Origin: Phoronis australis
Taxonomy: Eukaryota > Animalia > Phoronida
Direction: 5' to 3'
Assembly (NCBI GenBank): GCA_002633005.1
Contig: NMRA01000078.1
Coordinates: 1-64,000, forward strand
Length of the DNA stretch: 64,000 bases
The notes beneath the pieces were generated by a model that was given only the letters and a program-made list of their open reading frames with translations, searched no databases and had not been told where the DNA came from. Numbering within the stretch: position 1 is the stretch's first letter; the number at the start of each line of letters is the position of its first letter. Position numbers and translations under genes: made by a program. Of this stretch, positions 21,916 through 35,990 are shown in pieces.

Positions 21916-24900
21916 AGTGTGCAGAGGTTTAGTGATGGCCGGGGCAGTTGGTATTGGATGACCCCTCTCTTCATTCAAATGCATGGACCCTCGGACTAAA
22001 GAATGGAATCCAACTAAATAGAAATTACTTTATATATTTAATTTAGTTCCCACTGAATCGGGTCACAATTTCTAAAAGTTTATTCCTAGTGGTTGGATGC
22101 CCCGACCCCCTTCTGCACGCTTCTGACTGACATCCTGAATCAAACTCGGAAAACTGACAACTAAACACCGGTGATACAGGCCTAGGAACCAGTGGTTACT
22201 CGGGTTAAGTTCCGACTTTTGATTTTCTTTCTTTAGGGGACTAGACTTCCTTCCAACCTTCATATATATTGAGCCGAAAGGGATACATTGTCTAACCTGC
22301 AGGGTGTCTCATTTTCCAACCGAAGTTCAGTTCCTTTGGCAACTTTGCTGAAATGCGTCATCTTGGTTTAGGTCGCTTTTCAGTGCCTTCATAAAATTTC
22401 ATCAAGTATGATTCTCCGGCGGATTCTGTTTGTGACAGGCAAAGAAGGACCTATAGAAAGCTTTCGAATGGGAAACTTTGACCAAACGGAAGCCTCGAAT
22501 CAGCTGCCGTTCTGCAAGGCGCCCGGCCGCCCAATTCCATGTTTAACAATGACCCCCAGCATTATTGTTAGACTAAAAAGCTTTCGTGGTCCCGGCAGAC
22601 AGTTTTACACTAACTCTGCGTGCGTGGGACACAAGACCTTAGTATACACATAATTTTCATCAATAGGCGTCAACTTAGTTAACGCCCATCTGCCCCACTA
22701 ATAGTTTTTACCTCCTTGAAGGAGGTGTACTGGTTAACGATGGTACATGTGGCGCATCACTAGTCTGGCTTTAACATACCCGCCGGCCGTGCCTGTCGCT
22801 CGGGTAATGAAGCCCACACAGTCCTTTAGTTCTTGGAGCAGCGATACGCAGTAAAATGAAACAATTTTTCAGCATTGTTACATTTTATGTGGCGAGGCCT
22901 CTCCTAAAATGTAACAAGTGGTGACATTTTACGTAATTGTCAGGGGCGGAACAAGGATTTTGAGTTAGGAAGTGCCAGGGAAGAATAGTGGTCAGGATTT
23001 TGCCCGTCAGACTTTCGTACTCTCGAACTGTCAATTGCAAATGGAAATAGGGAGAATTTTAGGGGATCCATGTCAGCAAAGGCGTTTTTTTGTCCGACAT
23101 GCACCTGATTTCGTGGTAGCGCCGCCAGGAGCACTGGTTTATTTCCTAATGTACCCCACTGAATATTGAAGCCAGAATATAGATTTAAATTTGAAAAAAA
23201 TCAATATTCAGTTCAAAATCAAAAATGAAATATTGATGATTCAATCAACAGAAGTTTTAAAGCCAAAAACGTACTTTTGGGGTTTATTATTCGATGGGAT
23301 ACACTGCTTGAAATTGTTGAATCATAATTGATCCGTGGTGATTTGATTTCATGTTGCATCACTTCTCGCAGATGGCCGCCAGTCATTTGTTTAAGTCCAT
23401 GCCGGCTTTTTTATCATTAAAACTCGCTTCAAAGTCTTATCCTGTTTACCGCTAAACTTCTACCCCTGATATCATATAAGTTCGAATCCGTCTGGGAGGA
23501 TGATCTAAAACATATTGACCTCCCTGCTTTAGGTGTCAGAAACTGCATAGTTTTACAGGTCTGTTTTTGTCACAGGAAACGTGCACGCATTCTAATCCTG
23601 TGTTTCCGTAATTGAAATTCATTGGAATTCCATTATGAACTGTGCTGGTTAGGCTCCTAAATGTAAATCATGATGGCAAGCAAACTTAGTCATGAGCCTG
23701 GTCCGAGGCAATGCCGAACTGTCACCACTTTCCAAGTCTAGATATCTATTTAAACAGCACAGAAAGCAAAATGTGTTGTTTTGCAGAAGCCTTGAGTTCG
23801 AGCATCATAGCAACGACCGGAGAATCTTCGGCCAGTCGGGCTCAGTGTGTTTTCATCACCGTGAATACGGGTTGAAAGATGATGCGTTTTTCTTTCCAAA
23901 AAGGACAGGGTCCTCAATCCCTCGATTTTGGGACCGAGTCGGCCCTATTTCCCTCTCAAAAATATTGAAAAATCCTCCCCACGAAGCCTAAAATTTCCCT
24001 AGTGATTGAAAAGCTCCCTCCGAAGTTCAAATCACGTGTAACCACACAGGCGACAATTTGAAAGAGCACAAAATGCTACTTGAGACAGAGCCTTTGAGAG
24101 CTGGAAACAGGGCGGGGTCGATAATATTGATGATGATCGGGAGGTAGATTTTTGCCCTCACCCGGCGAAAAAATTTCCCTCGGTCTCAGTCAGAACTGGA
24201 AGGCACAGGCATTACTTTTCCCCTCGGATGAACGAGGCCCCAAAAGAAACATGATAACTATGCTTGCTCTGTCCAGTTAATTGAAAGACATAGTTTCACA
24301 CCAAAACAGCTGCTTTGCAAAACAAATATTAGCACTGTGTGAATTTGTTGCACGAGGCAGTTCTTGTCCGCACAGCCTGGTTAATGAGAAAAGGCCTGTA
24401 ATGACCTTTTCAGACTTCAGCCGAGTCAATTCTGAGAACAGGCATATGTGGTTACATAACCGTCTGTGATGTCATATCAGGAAGACAGCTGTGTATTGCA
24501 ACGGCTACAAGCAGTCAACCCTCTAAAATTTTGCTTGCTTCACATGATAATTCCTTTCAATTCCATTTGTTGGCATAACTAAATTGTTTTTTTTGCCAAC
24601 GAGATGTAAAGACCAGTGTATCAAAGATAATCAAGCCTAATACAAAATATTACAGTTTTCATTTTTTTCATTTTCAGTAGTGAGTAAAAAGGTGTCACCT
24701 TTTAATTTAACCGCGTATGTAATTGAAATTGGAGTGGAAGTGGCAATCTCAATGACAGAATTACAAGAACACTTGGAATGGAAGTCTTCTGAACCTGGTT
24801 TTTTAAATTCATGTGTTAATCTATTGAAATAATAATAAACCCAAGGCATCAACAAATATTACCTGAAGATGCCAGTGAACATATTATTTCAGCCGTTCAT

Positions 24901-26951
24901 TACGGCAAGTTCATTCTATCATGCTTTAGTCACTGAGTCATAGAAATCAAAGAACAAATCAGACTGGAGGACGATTATGAAATAATCTCAGTACAGTAAA
25001 GTTTATATGTGAGTCAAGATGATCTAATCTTTTACCAAAATAAGTAACTTAGAATGCACAGTATTTTAGAACATTTAAGCATTACAAACGTTATCCAACA
25101 ACGAGACAAATTTACATGATAGGAAAATGGATATGCCTAACTATGGCTATGGCTACCAGGTATTTCCTTACATTAGAATTCGACAAGCATGATTTGAAAA
25201 AATAAGAACTTGCGTGGAAAAAGGATTGGAGGCTGGAAGCTTCACAATCCAACATGGCCGATTACTCTAATTAAGAGCCTTTACATTTTGGGCCTTGATA
25301 ACTTCAATTAAGAAAGCAAAAAGTTAAAACACATGTATTGAAAGAACGATTCATACGTAGAAAAATATGAATTATGTTGTGACATATAATCAAACATTGA
25401 AGCGCAATTGACTTTTAAAGTAAAAACGATTTCAAAACTTTTTCAACTATTTTTAAGCTGAGTGTATGGTCAACTGAATGGGATATTCACAAAGCAATAA
25501 TTAGAAGATTCCTTATATTTTTGCACAAAAACATATACATTGTGCAAAGTTGATTTTTTGTATCAGCTTTCATTAAAATGTATCAAAGTTAAAACTTCAC
25601 CAAGTACAGTAGCCGATTGAACATGCCCTTCAGTTCAGCAGAAGTCGCCATGTTGTCGGTGCCGCCGGAAATGAGACCAAGTTTCACGGGAATTGTGAGC
25701 ATTTTTATCCCTCAATAAGTAACATCAGCTTGGCTGAAATCCAATGAAAACTATTGAATGGCTCAGAATAGTAGGTATAGATCTTTCTCACTAAATTTTA
25801 TCATAAATTATTGGTGAAAATAAATGATGCACGGTTTCAAACTCGTAACTTATGCCGCTGTTGTCCAAGATGGCCTACCAGATCCAAACAAATGACACAA
25901 ATTTCGCCACCAAAATTGCAATAAATGTGCACTGCTTAACCCGATTTTGATAATTTTTCAATTTTCATTGAGTGGGATGCGTTATCTTTCCGATTACATT
26001 GAAGCATTTTTGCAAATCGAAAAAAAGATTGGTTGGACAGCCCTACCCTTACTGTTCATTTAGTCCAGCTAGCGATCGACTAGGCTAAAATTCAATGGAT
26101 TGCAACGACAGGTAACGAGCATCAAGCTATTCAGCACATTCATGTTGCAAAAACTGTAATTCAAATGAAAAGCAATCTGCTGGTTACTTCTAACACTAAT
26201 CCTGTCCGACAGTGTCCGTCGATGCTATCCGCCGTTTTAAAGGCCCACTAGCTTCTGCAAAGCGATGGCATGTAGCGTTTCGAATACTCTTTAAAAGTTC
26301 ACTCATCCTAGTTTACAACCATACTCCGGTCACAGGCTGTCGTTCTAGGAGCAGTCCATAGAAATATGTTCGCTACATAGGCCTACTACCGAATACGGCG
26401 ACGCTCCACTCGTGGACTTCGCAAAGTATTCTCATTTGCGACGCAGTCTTGGATCAGTGGGGAACTTGTGCAAAGATACTCCAGCCCTTGGCGTATTGAT
26501 GTAACTACTATACAATGCCCAAAACGTTAAAGGGACTCAGTAAAGTCACCTTGCTGCTCATAAGTCTTAATGCGAGCACGCAAATTGTAATATTCATCAT
26601 AGATTACAGAACATAGTAATTTTTAATCTATGTGTCCTGAAGTTCATAAAAAGCAGTGCTGATCACTTACATGTAGGTAAAAACTACTGCCAGTACATTT
26701 GAGATTGAGACCACTACTACTACAAATTTATCAAGCAAAATAATTTTTGTTCTGTGACCTAAACTAAAGATTATTTACCATAAATGACACCTTTTCAAAT
26801 TAAGAATAGGTAGGCGTATTTGAACTGGGATAGGTTTTCAACTTCTCTTTCGTTTGTGAAGTTCTCCTGTGATGAAATCTGATTTGTTGCAAATGGTTCA
26901 TTGTGGTGGCAAGACATGTACGGTATATTTCTTTGACCATTGTTAAATGTN

Positions 26952-28504
26952 CTGTGAGGAAGGTGAGAAACGACGCTAGCGACGTCAGTGGTTCATATGC
27001 AGGGTGAATGCCGCTATGTTGCGGTGCATCGTTCCCGCTTGTCTGAACTATGAAACTGCGAAAAAACCGGGTATATCGTTTTTTTTACTTCCTCGAGAGT
27101 CTGAAATGCTTAGGAAGTGGCTCATGGTAGTGAGGAATGAAATGTACGCTGTAAATAGCAATACATCTCGGTGTCTGTGGCCTGCAGACGTCGACAGTGC
27201 CTGACGAATGCCGGCTTACCAAATAACTCCATACGTTCCGTTGTCTGAGCTTGTTCACGGTGCCTCTCTAGTATTTCTTCATCACTGTATTTCTGTTCGA
27301 ATTGATAGTCTGTTAAATTTAACGATCCACCTGCGAAGTCGGGACTGAGCTCTAGCTTGTCCTAAGTCGGGATTGCGAGTTGCCGTTGGCGTTTATAACT
27401 GAGCGTTCTGTTTCATGAATTATTCTCACCCTAACCAATACTTATATAAAACTGAAACAAAGTCTGTCTCATTTGATGCAATTTGTAATGCCTTTGGAGT
27501 GTTCGTGAGTGCAAATGATTTGAGAAGCCAGCAATGAATAAATCACTGCGTTACCAGCTTTAGGTGCAATAAAACTAATTGACGGGACACCGAGGCCGTG
27601 TGAGCTCATGCTAATTTATTGTTTGCTGGCAGAAACTGTTGTGAAACAACTCGATTTTCATCCCACGGTCAGGTGTTAGGGGAATCTTTATTTACATTTA
27701 CATTACTCAAATAATGATTGTCAATGTACAACTTCTGCCCTGACGGTGCTGAGGCCAAAGCGGAACCCGAGTGAATTCGCGGCCGCCGACGAGTAAGTAG
27801 ATTTGCAGGTTCGCGGCTAATTCACCAACATAATCACGTGCACATACTCTGGCTCACTAGTATAGTATTTTCTTGACTGGAAGTTTAGTTTCCACTGAAC
27901 TTTGGCTGGTTTATGTTCGTGATGTTTGATCAGTTTCCGAGCCACTGGCCGGGATAACGAGTCAATCCGGCCAGCCGCGACGGGCCTGATCGGGCTCCGA
28001 GCCACTGGCCAGGATAACAAGCGTTTTGTGTTTAGGACTCAAAAAATCACAAGTCTAAACAACACAGATCTAGGTTCTCCTGTCTGTATCTCACGGAAAA
28101 TACTTCGAAAATATCTCCGAACAGACCTAAAACTCCTGCTACGGACCTTATTGGCCTGCCGAACTTTGTAGGCTACGGTGTGTCCAAATACCAATAAATT
28201 CGTAAGAGCGAAATAAAACAACACGTTTTTATAAGAACTCGGTGTATTTTCAAGGGTTTTACATCGAAGTTTGATGATTTATTGGTGTTACACGATGATT
28301 TCAAGCGATAAGCTGACACCAGTAACCCGTGTTGTGGTGAACTGCTGAACAGACTGTGTGTGAAACCGATGATGTCACTGGATAATTTCAACACCTCCGT
28401 CTGTCGTCAGGTGTCCGGTAACGCAACCGTACATGTCGTTATGGAGTAGAACTATTCGATCTAAATTGATACAAATTAGGTTGATTTTTGGGTGGCATGC
28501 TCCT
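26952..28504 (+). mobile_element. THAP-bearing DNA transposon relic (Kolobok-like), copy 1 with right end
   Basis: 27004-27204 encodes a truncated THAP (CIVPACLN...GISFFLLPRE..LRKW); ends GGTGGCATGCTCCT|TTAA; shares segments with 35991-36740. Confidence 0.65.
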
Positions 28505-29800
28505 TTAAAACCTTATCAGCAATGATACTTCTCTTGCACTCAATGCTGATACGTTTGTTTGCAGTAGCCTTACACCAGGACGACCAGGTAATGTCTGAAC
28601 ATTCCAGCTCAGAAGTTTGAGCAGAAGCTGACACATGAATGCAACAAGGGGCAGACATCTTGCCAGTCTATTGTGAAGTCGCACACTCGTTGAATAATTC
28701 ATGGTTTCAGCAGAGTCCTAGCTGTTCCAAAACTGATATTTGCGAAACACAAAGTGATTCAGGAATGTGCCAAGAAAGAAGAATTGTTTCAGTACATGAC
28801 ACTGGTGGCCACTTGATTTGGCTTTCCTCAATTCCTAACTGCTGCCTGCTGGTTTTTGAGCCCTGGCATTTGGTAATTGCCTATTACTTGCACACCCATC
28901 CAAGAATTAATACTATTCAATGTAGTCAGTAGCAGTAAACAAGCTAGCTAAGCCAGCAGGATAACATCAGCTTACTGTCCTCTGATGAAGGTTTTCATGA
29001 CAAGCAGACGGCTTTTGAAGGGGAAACGTATGGACACAATATTTTCCTGGCATTTGATTGGCTGTTCGGATCATTTTGCACTGACATCTAGTGGCTAACA
29101 TGTTAGTTCAGGTAATATATTTTTTCCAATTTTTAAATTGCAATTCTTACTAAACGTGCAAGTGTATTCTTGGGAACTTTTTTGAAATTTGCTTTTGAAC
29201 ATCTGCAGTTGGGTTTAATGCAAAGTTCCCGTTGCCGGCCCCAGAAAGTGGCCACGGAGGATTGAAAGATAGGAGAGCTGCGACTATGGCCTACGACGCC
29301 ATATTCCATCATGAGAATGCATGGTATATGCCACACGGTGGAAGGCTGTTCATACAAATGGCTTCTTTCTCGGATTGTTTGAACGAAATTCTAGAAGTGT
29401 CCCTATGTGCTTTTCACTTTTTTCAGTAACATGAATAGTTTCTTGGTATGGTCAAGATGTTCCCCGTTAAGTTTCTACTCCAGAAGAAAGGAGTTTCCAG
29501 GATAGGTAACAAGTTTGTTATTGGTTAAAGCGTTCTCACAATCTTTTCCGGCAGTGTCGGCGCTCACTGGCCATAAACCAATTGTGTATCCGGAATTACA
29601 GTAAACACACTTCCCTTGGTAAGCACGACAGAAACATTGAAATCGTTTTTCGGCTAATATTTATCGTATTTCTTCCAAAAAACGACCATAACAATTTCGG
29701 AAGCCAATTTGATAGAACAAAATCAGCCGTTTTAGCCACGATAGTTTTATTTAGTTTAACCAGATCTTCATTGCCTTGAAGTAGTCGCTAATGCGATAAT

Positions 29801-32050
29801 GGGGCTATTCAACGCGGTGTCGTTGCAGTACTAGTGGTGATTGAACTGCGCATGCGTCACTGTCTGCATGTAAACAGCTGATAAAAAGACGAATTGTTAT
29901 CAAAATACGTCGTCGCTTTAAGCCTTATTATTGCTATTTTCCTGGGTATAAATCTTCGACAGGTGGTCACAAATTCCCAAAAGACCTAAGGTTACTACAG
30001 GCATGGAGAATTGCGGTCAAAAGGGTCGTGACAAAAAGTGTGTGGATGCCGAAACCTCACGCCCCGTGTATGTGTTCTATGCATTTCCATTGAGAGACTA
30101 CATAATCACGTTACTTGGAAAGCTTTTAGCAATTAAGTTTCTCTCGACATCGCTCAGTGGTGTTATCCCCAATAGTTACCCCACTGAATAACCCGCGGTT
30201 TATACAGTGGAATTAAGTGTTTTTCTTCAGAAACTCACCCGGGACCCGGATGATAGGCTAGCAGCACATATCCACTTATAGTCCTGGGTGGGAGTGCTCC
30301 CAATGGTTTATGGGACTTGCCGCTCAGAAGTCAATGGGGACTTTTTCACAGCAGTTACTTTACAAAACTATGCTATGTACAATAAAATTCTCTAGATGAG
30401 TGACTTTCCTTATTTTACAGTGGACCCCACCCCCAGGACTAACAGTTTAGTTACCGAATTAACGTGAATGAGCTATTCAGTAAATTCGTAACATTGCATT
30501 GGAATACTGACACCTAGATTGAATTTTATTTGTTGAGATCAGAAACACATATTAGGTGTCATGAAAAATACACATTCTTAAATCACTTTTAGCCTGTTTC
30601 ACATATTTTAATTCAGATCTCAAATAAGGCTTGGGTACAAAGATTATTAGTTTCTCCATATAAACATGGAGCTGGAATGTCAAGTATGTTCTGCCTTACA
30701 AAAGTAGTTTTGTCTTGTGTTTTCTTTTATAATTTGCTGATATTTCTCGGTTACAGGTGAGAGAAAACGACTGAGACCAGCCGCCTTACCGTCTATTTTA
30801 CCTTTCGACAAAGTGAAAAGCAGTCCTTCAGCAATAACCTGAGGGAATTGAACCTAATTCAGAAATTCAGCCTTTGATATCACAGATTATGGACTCTTTT
30901 ACATTGGGAAAATTAAAATTGTTTTTAACAGATAATGTTTTTCCGTTGTATATATGTGGTTGCCATTTTGTTTTTAAATACACTGATTATTGTTTATTCT
31001 CGAATCTTGTGCATAGCAGATTCTTATCCAGTTAGCTACGATTGAAAACATACTTTGCTTGCATGTGGAACTATTGTTATAGATAAGTCAACACAAAACT
31101 TAAAACTGTTCAAAGGCCTTCTTAAGAAAGCTCTAAAAATAGTTTCATACATAAACAAATCAAATGCAATCAAAGGGAATACTTCGTTTCGATCGTCGGA
31201 CATTTCTATAGGTCAACAGGAAAATGACAATTCTCAAGCGTAATCGGTAATCACTTCAGCTTTATAAAGAAGCAGCACAACTGCACTGTATGGGGCTTTA
31301 AAACTGAAGAAATATTGTGGTTTGAATAATTGGTGACAAACTTGTCTGTTGATGAACAATTTATGTGATCATTTAAGTGCAACATTAAGGCTTTCTACTG
31401 ACAATAAGACGATCGATGCAGTCACTGAATGTCATTTCTGCATAATGCGTACCAAGTTGAAAAATTTTTACCATTACTATAAAGCCTTTCTTCTGAAAGG
31501 AAAAGTTAATGTCACTCAGTGAGAAAGGACAGGTATTTATACCAGATGCTTTTGGTTTTCATTTCACTGGGATCAAGTTCCAATGGCCTATAGAAGCGCT
31601 TGTAAAAAGGTCCAGCTTTGGCAAGTGGCTTTCCTTCATGTTACCTCATTCAGCTTCAGTAAAGTCCATAATTAGATCCTTGAAGGTAAACACAGCATCA
31701 TATCACTTGACTCGCTTTGTGCTAAAAATCTGACTTTTGAGTGTTACTAGGTCTTCCTTAGCTTCATTCCCTCATGTTTCTTCCAGAAAACGAAAAAAAG
31801 CCATTGTTGTCGATATATGACTCATTGCCTATGAAGGGGCATCTTCACCAATGAGGCTGGCTGGTGTATACACACAAACAATCCACTGGCACATTTTCAT
31901 TTGGTAACTTAGTACTGCGATTCACTTATCTCCAGGGCCACTGGCTTGTACATTGTGACATGCAGCACTGCTGGTGTGTGGACGACATGCTCTGGGAAGA
32001 GAAAGGAGTAACAGCTTGTCTATGTTGCAGCTTGAAGTGGCCTAAAATGT
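29801..32050 (+). mobile_element. decayed ISL2EU/Harbinger-like DNA transposon (THAP plus convergent YqaJ-like remnant)
   Basis: THAP pseudo-exons at 29920-30117 and 30757-30840; minus-strand remnant at 31572-31723 resembling a YqaJ exonuclease C-terminus; candidate left end AT|GGGGCTATT; right boundary approximate. Confidence 0.5.
29920..30840 (+). pseudogene. two-exon THAP zinc-finger pseudogene
   Basis: PYYCYFPGYKSSTGGHKFPKDLRLLQAWRIAVKR...WMPKPHA..CSMHF (second Cys and start ATG lost, frameshifts), then after ttacag GERKRLRPAALPSILPF (AVPTIF-box equivalent). Confidence 0.7.
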
Positions 32051-32288
32051 CAATGAACCCGGAACAAATATTGAAACATGAGTAATTAAGAACGTCAGGT
32101 TGGATCAGAAACGTTGCCTTTTTTCAAAAATATGAAATGATAACTGCTTTACAGTTTCACATAAAATTAAATAATTACTATTTCCAGAAAACGAGGGTGT
32201 ATATTATATAATAAGTATTGATTTGTATAGAACTGCGTCTTTGTTTTTATTCCTAGCCACAACAATTCTTTAAACGCATCACTTGTCC

Positions 32289-32752
32289 CCACACGGAAAT
32301 ATTCAATACGATTCTATAGGAATTCCTATAGGAATATCAATTTCCTACAGGTTTCATATAGGATCAAGATTTTCTACAGAAATTCCTATAGAAAAAATCG
32401 TATAGCAAATTTTTCAGAAATCTGATTTCTAAACATTTTAACAAACGAATAGCCTAAGAGTACATAGTAACATATCGGTTTACTTTCATGTACTTTCAGC
32501 TCTTCTGAGTCATTAATTTTTGTATCTTTTTAATATTCAGATGAGTCTTAATACATGTATGGTAATTGCTTCGTAGAATCCTATTGAAGTTCCTATATGA
32601 GGCTATTAAATTTCCGATAGAATCCTATTGAACTTCCTATAAAATCCTGTTGAGCTGCCAGCGGATTTCTTTAAAGTCTTAAAAGAATTCCTATTGGTTT
32701 TCCTAAAGGTTATCCTATAGGATTTCTATAAGATCCTATAGGAAATCCTACG
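32289..32752. repeat. interspersed repeat rich in palindromic TCCTATAGGA-like motifs (probable non-autonomous DNA transposon)
   Basis: Clusters of CCTATAG(G/A)A and variants at 32311-32393 and 32575-32750. Confidence 0.55.
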
Positions 32753-33089
32753 ACTTGCAACCCCCACGCCCTTCGCCAATAGATGTATCTGAGCTTTTTA
32801 TTCATTTTATAACCATATTACGTCGCTGAGTGACTTGCCTACTCGCGAAACTGCTCTGGTTCTAGTCTGGTCGTTAAAAGCAGAAAATGGCGTAAGAACA
32901 TGAACTGAAATAGCGGATTGTGAGCTAGGCAACCCGTAGCCCCTCGGTTGGCTGCCGGGTTAGTGACTACAATACTTCCCATCGCTTTCTGTACGCGTTT
33001 CGTTTCATGTATTTTAAACGGGCGGTTGGCCAAATCCGGCCACCGATTTTGTGTTTTCACCTCGTCAAAAATATATTCTACACTCAAAC

Positions 33090-33216
33090 CAGTGGCGGAT
33101 CTAGGATATCACAAGGGGGGGGGCCCAACATTTTTGTCCGGCTGTAAACATTTGCGCAAACTGAACCACGATTGTAGATGCGCATAGCACCGAATGGGGG
33201 GAGGTCGGGAGGGGGG
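33090..33216 (+). mobile_element. MITE left end (CAGTGGCGGATCTAG family) running into a gap
   Basis: CAGTGGCGGATCTAGGA..GGGGGGG; related ends at 42836 and 49938-50083. Confidence 0.5.
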
Positions 33217-34549
33217 NNNNNNNNNNNNNNNNNNNNNNNNNNNNNNNNNNNNNNNNNNNNNNNNNNNNNNNNNNNNNNNNNNNNNNNNNNNNNNNNNNNN
33301 NNNNNNNNNNNNNNNNNNNNNNNNNNNNNNNNNNNNNNNNNNNNNNNNNNNNNNNNNNNNNNNNNNNNNNNNNNNNNNNNNNNNNNNNNNNNNNNNNNNN
33401 NNNNNNNNNNNNNNNNNNNNNNNNNNNNNNNNNNNNNNNNNNNNNNNNNNNNNNNNNNNNNNNNNNNNNNNNNNNNNNNNNNNNNNNNNNNNNNNNNNNN
33501 NNNNNNNNNNNNNNNNNNNNNNNNNNNNNNNNNNNNNNNNNNNNNNNNNNNNNNNNNNNNNNNNNNNNNNNNNNNNNNNNNNNNNNNNNNNNNNNNNNNN
33601 NNNNNNNNNNNNNNNNNNNNNNNNNNNNNNNNNNNNNNNNNNNNNNNNNNNNNNNNNNNNNNNNNNNNNNNNNNNNNNNNNNNNNNNNNNNNNNNNNNNN
33701 NNNNNNNNNNNNNNNNNNNNNNNNNNNNNNNNNNNNNNNNNNNNNNNNNNNNNNNNNNNNNNNNNNNNNNNNNNNNNNNNNNNNNNNNNNNNNNNNNNNN
33801 NNNNNNNNNNNNNNNNNNNNNNNNNNNNNNNNNNNNNNNNNNNNNNNNNNNNNNNNNNNNNNNNNNNNNNNNNNNNNNNNNNNNNNNNNNNNNNNNNNNN
33901 NNNNNNNNNNNNNNNNNNNNNNNNNNNNNNNNNNNNNNNNNNNNNNNNNNNNNNNNNNNNNNNNNNNNNNNNNNNNNNNNNNNNNNNNNNNNNNNNNNNN
34001 NNNNNNNNNNNNNNNNNNNNNNNNNNNNNNNNNNNNNNNNNNNNNNNNNNNNNNNNNNNNNNNNNNNNNNNNNNNNNNNNNNNNNNNNNNNNNNNNNNNN
34101 NNNNNNNNNNNNNNNNNNNNNNNNNNNNNNNNNNCCCGCCTATGCAAACTATCACTTAAAAATGAGCTCACTTTCTTCAGTGATCCTTTCTGCTTCTACA
34201 TATCTTCGATGAAGCATATCTACAAGAATTAAAGTGTCTTTGGAACAGAATTCCAACTCCACTTTTTGATCACCGTTAAATTTTTCACAGCGCTCGCGAT
34301 AACCCCGAGTCACTTGAGTTAGGCAAAGGCTAGCGCGAGACTGAGCGAAGCGCGTACGGTGACCTGGTGCGTGACGCTTGCAAAATATCATGGGATGATA
34401 TTAGGTGAGTTTTGAGTCCCTTGGACTTTTTGTTCGTTAACAGGCGTGATTTCTCTTAACTTCTTCAAAATGGCACCGGGTGAGAGAAACTCAAGCGAAC
34501 CGCGACAGATTTTCATGGATGTGTTCAAGTTATGTTGACTAAATTGTAT

Positions 34550-35176
34550 TCATCGTAATCTATTTTGCCCGGGGTACTCCACGAGCTATGGGTGGGGGAA
34601 AAATGCAGAGAACGAACGTAGGTCTTGTATACGACGAGGTAGGTGGCTGAATGAGAGAGACCACGTTGAACTGACTAACAAAGGAAATACGGGCGACCAA
34701 TCAGGTGTCGCGTAGAGAAATGTATGAATACAAAAGTAGGTCCTTGAGGCTATAAATAGAGATGAGTAATGCAAAATGAACCCTAAGGGTTGGTATCAAA
34801 ATAAAGAGACAAATGTCAAAATAATGACGATAAATGCATTTAACAAGTTAAATTTAATTTATCGTAATCTATTTTGCCCGGGGTACGCCACGAGCTATGT
34901 TGCAGAGTAAAACAAGAGGAGGATTGCGAATAATGTCATTTATTATGACGTAAATAGACAAAACTAACTAAGACTCTGCAAGATGGGCATGGACAAAACG
35001 CCATAATGGCAGCACGGGAATGCTGACATCGCCCATCCGAGGAAGCGGAACCCGGGCAATAACAAGGTTAGACATAAAATGAGTAATGCAAAATAAACCC
35101 TAAGGGTTGGTATCAAAATAAAGAGACAAATGTCAAAATAATGACGATAAATGCATTTAACAAGTTAAATTTAATT
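34550..35176. repeat. dispersed repeat with internal direct duplication
   Basis: atcgtaatctattttgcccggggtac.ccacgagctatg at ~34552 and 34861; ~95-bp block repeated at 34762 and 35079; relatives at ~42750 and ~43900-44240. Confidence 0.7.
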
Positions 35177-35299
35177 CATAGTCATGGTATGTGTTAATTA
35201 TAACTCCATGTGCATTTATGCATGTTTCATTCGATTTTATTTGCTGTATTTTGAAATGCGTAATTTCTTATGGGGATGTACTATCGCTCCCGTATACTT

Positions 35300-35719
35300 T
35301 TTTCAATTAACATTTTTTTCAAACTGTATTTACTAAAAACACATATTCGTGGGTTCCTCGCTGTCTCCCCAAAAAACCTTGAATCTGCCATTTACTGAAG
35401 AGCAGACGAGACGATTACACTCTGCCGGGAACGACATTTGTAACGTAGGTAGGTCTTTGATTTGATTTGGTCGCGTTGTTTTTTGGCTTTCAAACTTGCC
35501 GAATCGACACTTATAATTGCAAAAAAGCAGGGAAAAGCCAGCCGAGCTCACAGTCAGACTCGTTGGTCCATCAAGTCAGCGCTTGTTCAATGTTCAGAAC
35601 GAGTCGAGCTTGTGTAGCCTGGGTCGAGGGGGTTGTGAGTCGTGGGGTGTGGGGGTCGAAGGGGTTATGGGCCGAGGTTGTGGGTGTTGGGCCGGGGTCG
35701 AGGAGGTTTTAGAACAATC
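35300..35719. repeat. dispersed DNA-element copy, inverted relative to 38496-39152
   Basis: 35377-35630 is the reverse complement of 38496-38690; G-rich terminus ...GGGGTCGA...TAGAACAATC at both ~35719 and ~39152. Confidence 0.7.
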
Positions 35720-35990
35720 TGAGAATTTGGTATGTTAACCCTTTTGCTACATCGCACAAACTAAACAAGTTATTCCTGACTTCGACGTTGATCATTTTGA
35801 TCCATACAACCCACTTTCAATGAAACCTAGTTCAAATTACTCAGTTAAATCTCTGTGTTCTAAGAATATTAGGGGCCGTTCCAAATAAAATTGTTGCACG
35901 TTTTATGCCCATTTCCAGCTATTCTAATGACCCGGTGACCGCAGCCATGGCCGATTAATTGAAAATGTCTTCTTCCAGAATTAAACTTAA

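Noticed and set aside
28976-29036. Hammerhead-ribozyme-like TGTCC-T-CTGATGA...GAAACGTA-T-GGACA
   Set aside because: Stem II lacks the canonical closing pair, there is a mismatch next to the core, and I saw no second copy or Penelope context; an Infernal search would settle it
28510-29750. Coding-like decayed sequence (also 52700-55600 and 58280-58600)
   Set aside because: Frequent stops and no motif I could assign; needs a translated search
33101-34212. Long ORFs of 220-356 aa (also 46605-47513) and shorter X-containing ORFs at 21516-21906 and 38136-38668
   Set aside because: Artefacts of N-runs translated as X
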